Assembly: GCA_964489065.1 (NCBI GenBank)
Contig: CAZAXH010000004.1
Span: forward strand, 15,181-79,180
DNA from: an uncultured Planctomycetales bacterium
GTDB taxonomy: Bacteria > Omnitrophota > Gorgyraeia > Zapsychrales > JANLHA01
Direction of reading: 5' to 3'
DNA: 64,000 bases
Below the pieces are notes generated by a model that did no database searches, was not told where the DNA came from, and worked only from the letters and a program-made list of their open reading frames with translations. Numbering within the stretch: position 1 is the stretch's first letter; each line of letters begins with the position of its first letter. This document shows positions 26,666-36,422 of this stretch, piece after piece. Both the position numbers and the translations under genes were made by a program.

Positions 26666-29008
26666 ATGACAACGGTGCAAAAGAAACTCGCCTTTATATT
26701 CATAGGGCTTCTATTAACTTACGGAATCATCGGTTCTGTCATTATACCCTGCACCCTGCAGTGGATACTGATCCCTACAGTCTCTCCCTTTCTTAACCAC
26801 ACCATTTATGTCCGGAAAATACATTTCAACCCCTTTCAATTCAGGTTCACCATACAGCAATTTGAATTGGTCAGCCCGTCCGGAACCCGGATGGCCGGGT
26901 TTGAAGGTCTGGACATTGATTTTCAACTCTCTTCCCTTTGGGGTGACAGTTGGACCTTTAAACACATATTTTTAGACCAGCCTTATATCAACATCGCCTT
27001 AAATCGGGACGGCCGTTTAAACCTGCTCGACCTGATGCCGCCCCCTCAAACCTCCTCCCCGGCAGATGATGGAACACCACCTGCCCCTCCGAAGCAACAG
27101 ATCGGGAAAGAGAACGAAGCCCCCAACACCCCCAAGCCCTTTCTTATCTCTGACTTCAGCCTCACCAACGGAGCCGTCTATTTTTGCGATGAAACACCGC
27201 AAACCCCTTTTAAATTTTCCCTCCGGCCCATCAATACCCGGCTCGAACATGTCACCACCCAGACGGATAAAGCAAGCGGCCTGCAAATCCGTTTACTCAA
27301 CGGCTCCCAGGGCACCATCGCCGTTCAGGGTGCCTGTTCCATCGGGGCTTTAGCCTGTCACACAACGGTCGATATTCAGACCCTCCCTTTAAATATCCTT
27401 CAACCGTACATCGCCCACACTCTCCCCTTGCAACTCAAGGACGGGACGGTTTCCCTGAACGGGGAGATATCGTACCGGGCAGAGAATCAAAGCCAGCCTA
27501 ATGTCGGATTCAAAGGACATCTGCGTTTGGCAGGGTTAAAAATTCTTGACCCCCAGGACCAACGCGAGGTGCTGGGATGGGAAAATCTCCTTTTTTATAA
27601 TATCAACGCGTCCCTCTTGACCCAATCTTTAACCATTGACGAGATCCTGTTAGATAAGGGCTCTGTGTCTACCGTTATGGACCCCAAAGGCCAAATCAAC
27701 CTTGCGCGGCTATTCTCCCCAGCCCCAACCGCCTCCTCGCAAACAGAACAAAAGCCCGCCCCATCGCCGCCAGGGAATCCCGGTCAGGATGACACGGCAA
27801 CCGCTCCCAATCCAGCTTTTCAATTTCTAATCAGCCGGGTACGGATCCAGAACGGGGCTATTTCCTTTACCGATGAATCCGTCACGCCTCATTTCAACAC
27901 AAATCTGTCTTCCCTCAATCTGACTCTCTCGCCTCTTTCTCAGGAAAGCAGCCAGCGCACAGATTTCGATTTCAACACCCGGTTAAATCAAACCGGCACC
28001 GTGATCATCAAGGGTTATGTGCATCCGTTGAACATTGACGCGGATAAAAATTTCAGCCTGTCAGTGCAGGATTATGACATGACCGGCCTTTCCCCGTATT
28101 TCGGGAAATATCTGGGATATACGATTGACCTAGGGCGGTTGAAAACCGACATCAATTACGACATCAAACCTCAGCAAATGACCGGGAACCACCATCTGGT
28201 CCTGAACAAATTCACACTGGGCAACAGAGTCGACAGCCCGGATGCCGTCAATGTGCCCATTAAACTGGCCCTGGCGATTCTGGAAGACAGCCGTCAGCAA
28301 ATCGACCTGACGGTTCCTGTCAAAGGAAACCCGGCAGAGCCGGAATTTGAATTCAAACAAATTATTCTGATGGCTTTTAAAAATATTTTCACAAAAATTA
28401 TCACCGCTCCTTTCAGCGTGCTTGCCGGTCTAGTGGGTGGAAGCGACGCCAGCGAACCGCTTGACTACATAGGTTTCCCGGCCGGGTCAGCCCAGCTCAC
28501 CGGCCTGCAGAAAGAAAAAGCCTTAAAAATATCCCAAGCACTCCAGGACCGGCCCAAACTGATCCTGGAAATCCAGGGGGCGTACGACCCACAAAACGAC
28601 ATGGCCGCCTTAAGGCTCGCCGCATTCCAAAACAGCTACGGGCAGGCAAAACAGGAATCCAGCAAGTCCGAGGAGGTCATCCTGGAACAGATGTACAAAA
28701 AATATGTCGGATGGATCCCGTTAACCGAATTGCGTGATAAATACCGGAAGCTGGCCCGGGGAGGGCAAAACAAGATGGAAAACAAAGCCGCCTTTTACGA
28801 AGAACTTCGTAAACAGCTGGTGGAACGATATCAGGTCGAAACAGCCGTCCTGAAAGACCTCGGGAATCAACGGGCGGAAACGCTGAAGGCCCTGCTGATC
28901 AAAGACGGGGGGGTGCCGGAAGCCCGTCTGCAGATTAAAACCAGTATCAGCGAAAGCGAGTCCGCGGATCACCTCGTTAAAATCCCGCTCTCCCTCACCG
29001 CTCAATAA
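26666..29008 (+). CDS. AsmA/DUF748-like large envelope protein with an N-terminal TM anchor and long β-rich periplasmic region
   Basis: N-terminal anchor. About 700 aa of low-complexity β-rich sequence with repeated hydrophobic-alternating segments. Pro/Ser/Thr-rich linkers. The family assignment is tentative. Confidence 0.45.
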   Translation: MTTVQKKLAFIFIGLLLTYGIIGSVIIPCTLQWILIPTVSPFLNHTIYVRKIHFNPFQFRFTIQQFELVSPSGTRMAGFEGLDIDFQLSSLWGDSWTFKHIFLDQPYINIALNRDGRLNLLDLMPPPQTSSPADDGTPPAPPKQQIGKENEAPNTPKPFLISDFSLTNGAVYFCDETPQTPFKFSLRPINTRLEHVTTQTDKASGLQIRLLNGSQGTIAVQGACSIGALACHTTVDIQTLPLNILQPYIAHTLPLQLKDGTVSLNGEISYRAENQSQPNVGFKGHLRLAGLKILDPQDQREVLGWENLLFYNINASLLTQSLTIDEILLDKGSVSTVMDPKGQINLARLFSPAPTASSQTEQKPAPSPPGNPGQDDTATAPNPAFQFLISRVRIQNGAISFTDESVTPHFNTNLSSLNLTLSPLSQESSQRTDFDFNTRLNQTGTVIIKGYVHPLNIDADKNFSLSVQDYDMTGLSPYFGKYLGYTIDLGRLKTDINYDIKPQQMTGNHHLVLNKFTLGNRVDSPDAVNVPIKLALAILEDSRQQIDLTVPVKGNPAEPEFEFKQIILMAFKNIFTKIITAPFSVLAGLVGGSDASEPLDYIGFPAGSAQLTGLQKEKALKISQALQDRPKLILEIQGAYDPQNDMAALRLAAFQNSYGQAKQESSKSEEVILEQMYKKYVGWIPLTELRDKYRKLARGGQNKMENKAAFYEELRKQLVERYQVETAVLKDLGNQRAETLKALLIKDGGVPEARLQIKTSISESESADHLVKIPLSLTAQ

Positions 29009-29045
29009 ACATTTAGAAAATCCGGAACATTTCTTACGGCAGGAA

Positions 29046-30029
29046 TCACTCCGCGCCTGTCGCGGGAAAACCAAGAATTCCAAAAAGTTCCGGGGAAGAC
29101 ACAAGGCAGCCCGCTTCCCGCACACGCGAAAGCCAATACTCACGGAGCTCTGCCGTACCGTGCAAACGGCTGTTGCCCCACCTCATGGGCGCGAACATCG
29201 GCAGCCGGTCCCAATCGCTGTTAATATACGAAACAAACTGGATATCTTCCTTTTCAATCAGATCAAAAAACCGCCTCAGCCAATCCATCTTTCCTCGGGC
29301 CGTATAAAGGCCGGCCGGCGCGGCCTCCGCAATCATAACCGGCTTCCCGTGCCCGCGGGCCAGGTGGCAAAACGCTTCAACGGCCCGACTTTGCTGCGTG
29401 GAAAAAAAAGAAATGCCGAACCAGTCGACATAAGCATCTCCGGGATACCAATCCATCAGATTCATCCCGGCTTCAAAAGAAGCCATGGAATGCCAGACAA
29501 AAGCCGCATTGGTTACCCCCTGCTTCCTGAACATCTTCACGATATAACGAAAGGCCTCTTGATACGACGCCGGATCATAACGATTCTCTTTATTATCAAA
29601 TTCATATCCAACCCGCAGGTACACCGGCCGGCGGGTCTTACGGACCCATTCCCCCAGCTGTGTGATATGATCATCATAATTCCCGGCGAGGATTCCCGGC
29701 AGCGCGTCGACCATATACAACCCGACCTGCAGGACTGTTTCCGGATACGTGTCCACCCAATACTGTCCATGGCCCACTCCAGCCCCCTTATCATCAGGGC
29801 ACTCAAGCCCGTCCAACTCCTGAATGGATGTGTAAAGCATAAATCCTGCCGGGACAGCCTCAAATTCTTTAATATATATTTCCATGCTGTCTTTCTGCTG
29901 GCCGATAACAAGCACCCGCCCGCGGGAAGGGACAAAAGCGGTGCCAGCCCCGGCCTCCGGGCAAGGACCGGCGACAGTCAAGATCACGAACAAAACATTC
30001 AAAAAAATATATATATTACGTCTGGTCAT
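29046..30029 (-). CDS. Secreted glycoside hydrolase, (β/α)8 type, GH26-like (tentative)
   Basis: Signal peptide. YLRVGYEFDN and MIAEAAP segments are compatible with acid/nucleophile positions of clan GH-A enzymes. The specific family is uncertain. Confidence 0.4.
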   Translation of the reverse strand: MTRRNIYIFLNVLFVILTVAGPCPEAGAGTAFVPSRGRVLVIGQQKDSMEIYIKEFEAVPAGFMLYTSIQELDGLECPDDKGAGVGHGQYWVDTYPETVLQVGLYMVDALPGILAGNYDDHITQLGEWVRKTRRPVYLRVGYEFDNKENRYDPASYQEAFRYIVKMFRKQGVTNAAFVWHSMASFEAGMNLMDWYPGDAYVDWFGISFFSTQQSRAVEAFCHLARGHGKPVMIAEAAPAGLYTARGKMDWLRRFFDLIEKEDIQFVSYINSDWDRLPMFAPMRWGNSRLHGTAELREYWLSRVREAGCLVSSPELFGILGFPATGAE

Positions 30030-30239
30030 CTGAAGATGTCATAATTTTTTAACCCCATTTTAACAGGAAACTCCCGACCCTGTTAATAATTCGTTTAGCC
30101 GAATGATCTGACTTCTTAACATCCAGAGCAGAAGACCTTGTTACCTTCTTGCTTTCATCCGCGGACATGGCCATGGTCCTCTACGGAGGCGGATAAAACT
30201 TACATGACTCACTGCCCTTTCAGAATCTTTCCCCCGGCA

Positions 30240-31295
30240 TTATTTAAATAATGATTTATACTGCCCATACCCCTCTTTCTCCAATTCCTCCCGGGGGACA
30301 AATCGCAATGCCGCGGAATTAATACAATACCGCCGTCCCGTAGGTAAAGGGCCATCGGGGAACACATGCCCCAGGTGAGAATCCGCCCCTTGGCTCCGGA
30401 CTTCCGTGCGAGCGGGCAGGAAAGTGCTGTCGTTTTTTTCCACAAGGCTCTCTTCCTTCAGGGGACGCGTGAAACTCGGCCATCCAGTTCCGGAGTCGTA
30501 TTTATCAAGCGAACTGAATAGCGGTTCTCCGGAAACAATGTCAACGTATAGGCCGGCCCTTTTATTGTTCCAGTATTCATTTCTAAACGGCGGCTCCGTC
30601 CCATTTTCCTGGGTGACCTTAAACTGTAACGGTGTCAATCTCTTCTTAAGTTCCTGGCCCTGTCCGGACAAGCGCTCCCCAATCTTCTGTTCGGACGTTC
30701 CCCAGACCTTCTGAAAAAACTCATCGCGACCGGAGCCGGCACGGTAACGTTTGTACTGTGCAGGATATACCCGGCAGTAATTTTGGTGAAATTCTTCCGC
30801 CGGATAAAAAACCCCGGCCGGCAGTATCTCTGTTACGATGGTTTTTTGAAAAAGGCTCCTTGACTCCAAGTCGGCTTTCGACTTTTCAGCGAGACGCTTC
30901 TGCTCCTCATCAAAATAAAAGATGGCCGTCCGATACTGAGGCCCCCGGTCCACAAACTGTCCTTGTCCATCCGTTGGATCAATCTGCCGCCAGTAAAGAC
31001 CGAGCAGGTCCTCATAGCTTACTCTTTGGGGGTCAAAAGTGATTTCAACGACCTCGAGATGCCCTTTAAGCGCATAATCATCGTATGTGGGGTCAGCCCC
31101 TGTCCCTCCGGAATAACCGGCAACCACCTTGAGAACCCCGTCTGTTTTCTGAAAGGGCGGCTCAAGGCACCAGAAACAGCCTCCCGCCAGCATGGCTTTG
31201 CGGGACACCGGGGGCACAGGCCCCCCGGTGGGAGCCCCGCCACCGGCCCCCTGGGCGAACGCCATCATGAGCGACAAGAAAAAAAGTGTTCTCAT
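30240..31295 (-). CDS. msrAB: Secreted bifunctional peptide-methionine sulfoxide reductase MsrA-MsrB
   Basis: MsrA motif GGCFWCLEP. MsrB motif RYCINSAAL plus a CxxC pair. Start reassigned to MRTLFFLSL (signal peptide, AAGGAGGG RBS). The ORF-track N-terminal 94 codons are rejected. Confidence 0.9.
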   Translation of the reverse strand: MRTLFFLSLMMAFAQGAGGGAPTGGPVPPVSRKAMLAGGCFWCLEPPFQKTDGVLKVVAGYSGGTGADPTYDDYALKGHLEVVEITFDPQRVSYEDLLGLYWRQIDPTDGQGQFVDRGPQYRTAIFYFDEEQKRLAEKSKADLESRSLFQKTIVTEILPAGVFYPAEEFHQNYCRVYPAQYKRYRAGSGRDEFFQKVWGTSEQKIGERLSGQGQELKKRLTPLQFKVTQENGTEPPFRNEYWNNKRAGLYVDIVSGEPLFSSLDKYDSGTGWPSFTRPLKEESLVEKNDSTFLPARTEVRSQGADSHLGHVFPDGPLPTGRRYCINSAALRFVPREELEKEGYGQYKSLFK

Positions 31296-31979
31296 AGTCC
31301 CCTCCTTTTCCCCTGCACTATGATTTCCAATCTTTAGTCTCTCTGATCGCAAAAACCTTACACTCCAAGGCCTGCGGCATCCCCCAGGCGGGTATTGCAA
31401 AAAAATCCGGCGGTCGAAACCTACCGGCCGTTTTCCAGCCGTCTCATGATTATTTTCGAAAAATAACCCGCCCCATATTGCCCCCACATGATCAAAGTCT
31501 CTAAAAAAATTATCCGGGATAGGAATATTTACGGATGACTGTTTCAGCCAAACTGCGATAAAACTCGACAAACCCACGGGGGGATCCGGCCTCGGTAGGT
31601 TTTATGCAGCGGGGTCGTCAGCAGGATCAGATTAACCCGTCGGTCCTCGCAATAGACGCAATCTTGAACAAATAATATATTTGTAAAGACGACAGTCCTT
31701 GAACTTCCCCGCCCTGATAAAAATGGATGTCGATCGTCCTGTTCAGGTATTTTTCTTCCAGCAAATTCTTGGCCCCCTCGCGAAAATGCCCCCAAAAACA
31801 GAAATCCGAAACCCGAAGAGTGCCAAGCGCAAGTTTATACAATAGATGGAAAAAGCCTCATTCGCGGCCGGCGGCACACGAAGAAAGCCCCCCAAGACAC
31901 AACAGGAGCCGGCTATCAGCACAAACCCTTTCTTTAAAAAATCAACGTCAACGTGTTGTTGAAAAAAAAGGCGTATATG

Positions 31980-33008
31980 TCAGATCCGACCAATTTTATC
32001 CGCAATAAACGTTCCCGAAAAGCCGAGAGAATCCTCCCACACCCCGAAAATCACCTCTTTGGATTTATCCAGCCGTCCCCTGACGTGAATGCGGACATGC
32101 TTATCCGAAAAAAAGGCATAACTGAATACGCCCGTCCGCTTATCAAAGGCTTCCATCTTCCCGGGGGAAAACACCAAACCGCTGGCCAGTTCCCCGCCAA
32201 GGATACGGCCTGTTTCATCCGTCTCGGCATGCACCTCCAAGGGGATATTCAGCAAAAAATATCTCCCCCGCCAGGTTCCTTGGAAATCAGTTCGAGAATA
32301 TTGTATCCCTTTTCTTTCCAACGCCGGGAAAGAAGAATAGACCATCGTGACCTCCCGGGAATACGCCAAGTCGTCGGGCGTGATCATCAACCGACCAAGC
32401 GGCAGACGTCCGCCGGACAAAGAACGTATCTGGCGTTCATAAGGGACCCAATTCAATTCCCCGAGGCTGACAAAATCAGTCAAGCGGAGTCCCCCGCCCT
32501 GTTCCACAGCCTTGTAAATCAGTTCCGAACAGTAAATCGCAGAATCATCCCATTGATACTGCCTATCATAAGGATGGCCGGCATAACGACCAGCTTCCCG
32601 GATAATACGGGGAATATACCGGCGGTGCTCGGGTTTCAACCTGACAATGGTCATGCGCGCGCCAACGCCCCGAGCCACCCACGCGTTAAGCGGCGTCCAT
32701 GTCACCGGGTCAATAGCTTCCAAAACAAACCATTGTCCGGATTTCTTTACGATGATTCCGCAATGAGAATAGGCACTTTGTGTCACGGCCGCGATCATCT
32801 CGGTCAGAGGCCCGGGTAAGTGTTGAAAAATCAAATCCCCTTCCCTGATATCCATATTATCCGTGTATCGGATCATTTTGGCTTTTGTGAGCGTCAAGGC
32901 GTACGAGCGCGGTGCCTGGTATAAAATATTTATCATTCCCAAGACAAGCGTTCCGAGCAGGATGCGCTTTCTAATGACGACTCTGCTGTGAAAAGAATGT
33001 GGTGTCAT
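31980..33008 (-). CDS. YiiX/YaeF-like permuted papain-fold protein (DUF830) with an about 170-aa C-terminal extension
   Basis: DIREGDLIFQHLPGPLTEMIAAVTQSAYSHCGIIV and a later CSELIYKAVEQ match the YiiX family. The ORF-track N-terminal 17 codons fall inside the repeat element and are probably not coding. Confidence 0.5.
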   Translation of the reverse strand: MTPHSFHSRVVIRKRILLGTLVLGMINILYQAPRSYALTLTKAKMIRYTDNMDIREGDLIFQHLPGPLTEMIAAVTQSAYSHCGIIVKKSGQWFVLEAIDPVTWTPLNAWVARGVGARMTIVRLKPEHRRYIPRIIREAGRYAGHPYDRQYQWDDSAIYCSELIYKAVEQGGGLRLTDFVSLGELNWVPYERQIRSLSGGRLPLGRLMITPDDLAYSREVTMVYSSFPALERKGIQYSRTDFQGTWRGRYFLLNIPLEVHAETDETGRILGGELASGLVFSPGKMEAFDKRTGVFSYAFFSDKHVRIHVRGRLDKSKEVIFGVWEDSLGFSGTFIADKIGRI

Positions 33009-33010
33009 AA

Positions 33011-33135
33011 TCAAGGTGTGAACCCCAGAGCAAGCTCTGGACTCAATTAACCGCAGCAAGCTGCGGGGTGTTCAACCAATATTCTTCGACTCGTTCGCTT
33101 GGCTCACTCGCGCTGAAGGATCAATTCGCATTTTT
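33011..33135 (+). repeat. Intergenic repeat element, copy B (full length, about 125 nt)
   Basis: tcaaggtgtgaaccccagagcaagctctggactcaattaaccgcagcaagctgcgggg...ggctcactcgcgctgaaggatcaattcgcattt. Two 7-bp-stem hairpins (CCAGAGC-AA-GCTCTGG and CCGCAGC-AA-GCTGCGG). Confidence 0.75.
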
Positions 33136-33216
33136 AATTTACACGCCCTTGGGTCGTGCAAATTAAATACTCATTGAATAAAACATTAACCATTCAATTA
33201 TACAAACAAAAAAATT

Positions 33217-33687
33217 TCACGCCGTCAAAGAGGCTAACCATTTCATCAAAAGGACGGACAAAGTATCCTGCTCTTTTTTAGAAAGAGGATCCATGAATCC
33301 ATGCATTTTCTGAATGTATTGCCCCCAAAGGCTATCCAATAAATCTTCAGCTTTCTTCGTCACCTTAACCACATTGACTCGCCGGTCTCCGGCACAGGCT
33401 GAACGGCTCACAAGGCCCTCCTGTTCAAGTTTATCAATTAACTTGGTCATATTAGAAGGAGTCACAATAAGATGCTTGCTGACTTCCACCTGGCTTAGTC
33501 CGGCCTTGCCGCCATGATACCGGATAGCCACCAAGATATTCAACTTCCCGGGAGTAAGCTGATAGGGTCTAAGAAACGCCGTTAATTCATTATGACAAAT
33601 ATTAAAAATCAGCGCCAAACTGTACAACGCTCTTTCTTGGCTAGGGGTCTCTTTTTCTATAATGCCGTAGCGGCTTAAATCGCTCAT
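33217..33687 (-). CDS. MarR-family transcriptional regulator
   Basis: wHTH with the typical layout (LTPGKLNILVAIRYHGG...SQVEVSKHLIVTPSNMTKLIDKLEQEGLVSR..DRRV). Confidence 0.85.
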   Translation of the reverse strand: MSDLSRYGIIEKETPSQERALYSLALIFNICHNELTAFLRPYQLTPGKLNILVAIRYHGGKAGLSQVEVSKHLIVTPSNMTKLIDKLEQEGLVSRSACAGDRRVNVVKVTKKAEDLLDSLWGQYIQKMHGFMDPLSKKEQDTLSVLLMKWLASLTA

Positions 33688-33764
33688 AAAAATCTCCTTA
33701 GGCTACTTAAAGTTTACCATTCAATTATCAATATGGCAACAAGTAAAATTTTATTTCCTGCTTC

Positions 33765-35015
33765 TTAAGGCTCCTGCTCCCCGCAGGGACCGGGAGTTTC
33801 CCCCTGGAATATCCTGTCACAAGCCAGCTTAAACCGGGTCCACAGTTCGTCAGCCTGTTCGGGAGGAACAGCCCCGATCATTTTCCATTTCTTTTGAATT
33901 TCTTTGACCTCTTCCCTCACCCTGACAAGATCCCGCAAAGAATACAAACTTTCCACTTCCTGGCAAAGCTGTTCTTTTTCCCTCAAATGTGCCAGCCGTT
34001 CCTCGTCACGTGCTTTAAAATACGCGTGCCGGCGTTCAAAAAACCGATCATGCGCGGCCTTAAAACGCATCCAAACCTGATCGCTATCCTGCTTGGGAAC
34101 CGGACCGATGTTCTTCCATTCCTCCTGCAGTTGTTTTAACTCTTCGCCGGCCGCTTTCCAATCTTCAGAGGCAGACAAGACTTCTGAACGTTCGCACAAA
34201 ACTTCCTTTCTCTTCAGATTCTCCAGCCTTTGCTGTTCTCGTTCCGCATAATAGGAATCCCTGCGTTCAAAAAACGTATCGCTGGCCGTTTTAAATCTCT
34301 GCCAAACATATTCTGTTTTTTCCCGGGGAACCGGGCCGATCAATTTCCACTCCTCCATTAAATGTTTCAGCGCCTCTCCCGCTTGTTTCCAGTCCGAGGA
34401 TTGGCTTAATTCTTCCGATTTACGGCACAAGTCCAATTTTTTCTGATAATTATCTTCTTTCTGCCGGTCCAATTCCGCAAAAAACAAACGCCTGTTCTCA
34501 AAAAACTGATCACAAACCGCCCGGAAACGATCCCACTGCGCCCGGGATTGATGCTCCGGGACAGGGCCAGTCAGCTTAAACTGGGCCTGCAATTTCTTGA
34601 CCTCTTCCGTCGCCACTTTCCAATCCGAAGGATGCAACAACTCCTCGACCCGGGCACATAACCTCTCCTGTTCTTCTAAATGGACATTCAGCTCAGCATC
34701 CAGGACTTCTTTCATAGCTATCAGCCGGCCCATTAAATCATCAAAATTGCCCAAGGCATCGGATTCGACGATGAAATCAAGCATGCGGTTAATTTTATCC
34801 ACCAAACCAGGCCGGTCATGGCCTTGCTCAAACTGCGCCTGCAGCTCACCCTGATACTGTTCCAACTTTTCAAACCGCAACGCATAATAGGCCAACACCT
34901 CTTCCGGGCTTTTTCCATCCAGCCGCCCGATCTGACGGCCTTTAAAATATTGGCAATCCTTCTGCCACACCTGCCCCTCATGATTCACATAACCCCATTG
35001 TTCCGGAAAAGACAT
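33765..35015 (-). CDS. DUF349 repeat protein
   Basis: Six or more tandem repeats of about 60 aa with a conserved W..(I/T)GPVP......W.RF pattern. Confidence 0.7.
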   Translation of the reverse strand: MSFPEQWGYVNHEGQVWQKDCQYFKGRQIGRLDGKSPEEVLAYYALRFEKLEQYQGELQAQFEQGHDRPGLVDKINRMLDFIVESDALGNFDDLMGRLIAMKEVLDAELNVHLEEQERLCARVEELLHPSDWKVATEEVKKLQAQFKLTGPVPEHQSRAQWDRFRAVCDQFFENRRLFFAELDRQKEDNYQKKLDLCRKSEELSQSSDWKQAGEALKHLMEEWKLIGPVPREKTEYVWQRFKTASDTFFERRDSYYAEREQQRLENLKRKEVLCERSEVLSASEDWKAAGEELKQLQEEWKNIGPVPKQDSDQVWMRFKAAHDRFFERRHAYFKARDEERLAHLREKEQLCQEVESLYSLRDLVRVREEVKEIQKKWKMIGAVPPEQADELWTRFKLACDRIFQGETPGPCGEQEP

Positions 35016-35054
35016 GGCCTCTCTCCGTTATATGTAAATATAAATTTCCGATTC

Positions 35055-35330
35055 TTAAAGACCCTGGCCCTCCGCGTCCAGTGTCCCGCGAGAACTTTTT
35101 ATCAACGCGATTTTAGACGACCGGGACAAAGCTTTGATTTGGGATTCCCGCTTCAAAGCCAGCCCCCGGGAAGGGAATTCCTCCGTATATAATAATTTGC
35201 GCACGCCATAAATCCTTGTATAGCGGGCTCCCCGGCCTTGGTCGTGCTCAGCAAGGCGTCTGGCCAAATTATTGGTGATACCGGTATAAAAAGTCCCTTT
35301 CCTCGTTTCCAAAATGTAAGCATACCACAT
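35055..35330 (-). CDS. GIY-YIG nuclease superfamily protein (UPF0213-like)
   Basis: MWYAYILETRKGTFYTGITNNLARRLAEH (GIY...YTG...R...H). Confidence 0.8.
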   Translation of the reverse strand: MWYAYILETRKGTFYTGITNNLARRLAEHDQGRGARYTRIYGVRKLLYTEEFPSRGLALKRESQIKALSRSSKIALIKSSRGTLDAEGQGL

Positions 35331-35347
35331 ATTATTATTATATCAAA

Positions 35348-35445
35348 TCAAAGGTATGTACCCCAGAGCAAGCTCTGAACCTCAATGAACCGCAGCCACT
35401 TCGACCCGCTGGGCTCACTCGCCTGAAGGATCAATTCGCATTTCC
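35348..35445 (+). repeat. Intergenic repeat element, copy C
   Basis: caaaggtatgtaccccagagcaagctctgaacctcaatgaaccgcagcc...gggctcactcgcctgaaggatcaattcgcattt. Confidence 0.75.
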
Positions 35446-35644
35446 AGTTTGGGGTGAAGACGGGGACAGTATAAAAATATCAACCAGGCATTCTCCCCCC
35501 TATGGTCCCCCTTCTTTCCCCGTATCTGTGGCATACTTGAACCCCAGCCGTGTTGGGGGACAAAGAATTAATAGGGGATTCTCAATCGTCATCATTTTTG
35601 CTAGAATGTTAATAATTATAAACTCTCTATGGCAAAAAAAACTT

Positions 35645-36205
35645 ATGATGAAAAAAGCTTTGGTTATTTTAGCAGACGGCTTTGAAGACATCGAGGCCAT
35701 AACGCCCATAGATCTTCTCATGCGGGCCGGCACCCAAGTCACCGTGGCGGGGTTAACCTCCACTCACGTCAAAGCAGCGAAGTCAGGGCTGACGATCATT
35801 GTGCCCACAAGACTGTCGGAAGCGCAGGACACTTTTGACGCCCTGATTCTTCCGGGCGGAATGCCTGGAGCGGAAAACCTGGCCAACTCGTCAGAAGTTG
35901 TGACGCGCGTCCGTCTGATGAATCAACAAAAAAAAATAATCGCGGCTATATGCGCCGCCCCAGCGCTGGTTTTAACCAAAGCCGGCGTTCTGGAAGGGAA
36001 AAACGCGACCTGTTTCCCGGGCATGGAAAACCTCTTTCCCAAAACGACAACATTCGTGGCCTCCCCCGTAGTCCAGGACGGCAACATCATCACCAGCCGC
36101 GGGGCGGGAACAGCCTTCAGTTTCGGGATAACCATTGTCGGGGCTTTGCTAGGGAAGGGGCCCCGTGAAAAAATTGAACAGACCACGGTCTTTAAGGCTT
36201 CTTAA
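35645..36205 (+). CDS. DJ-1/PfpI (ThiJ) family protein
   Basis: ALVILADGFEDIEAITPIDLL...AAICAAPALVLTKAGVLEGKNATCFPG, with the conserved nucleophile-elbow Cys. Start reassigned to MMKKALVIL. Confidence 0.85.
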   Translation: MMKKALVILADGFEDIEAITPIDLLMRAGTQVTVAGLTSTHVKAAKSGLTIIVPTRLSEAQDTFDALILPGGMPGAENLANSSEVVTRVRLMNQQKKIIAAICAAPALVLTKAGVLEGKNATCFPGMENLFPKTTTFVASPVVQDGNIITSRGAGTAFSFGITIVGALLGKGPREKIEQTTVFKAS

Positions 36206-36422
36206 GGATAATCCCGGGGCGAGACCACTGGTTTTCAAGTTTATTTTTTTGCGCAACGAAATTATATATAATAAACTTTAAAATATGCTAAAATTTTCTA
36301 AACATATCAGCAGCGGGACGGCCAGGAACAAATGCCCCGTCCCGGGAACAGAAAATATCCGCACATAGGATATAAAAAAATCATTTTACGACAGAACCCT
36401 TAAGCACGGACAGGAGGCCCCC

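Noticed and set aside
31296-31577. 94-codon N-terminal extension of the MsrAB ORF
   Set aside because: There is no RBS. A canonical signal peptide begins at MRTLFF with AAGGAGGG upstream. The extension is open-frame read-through of the leader.
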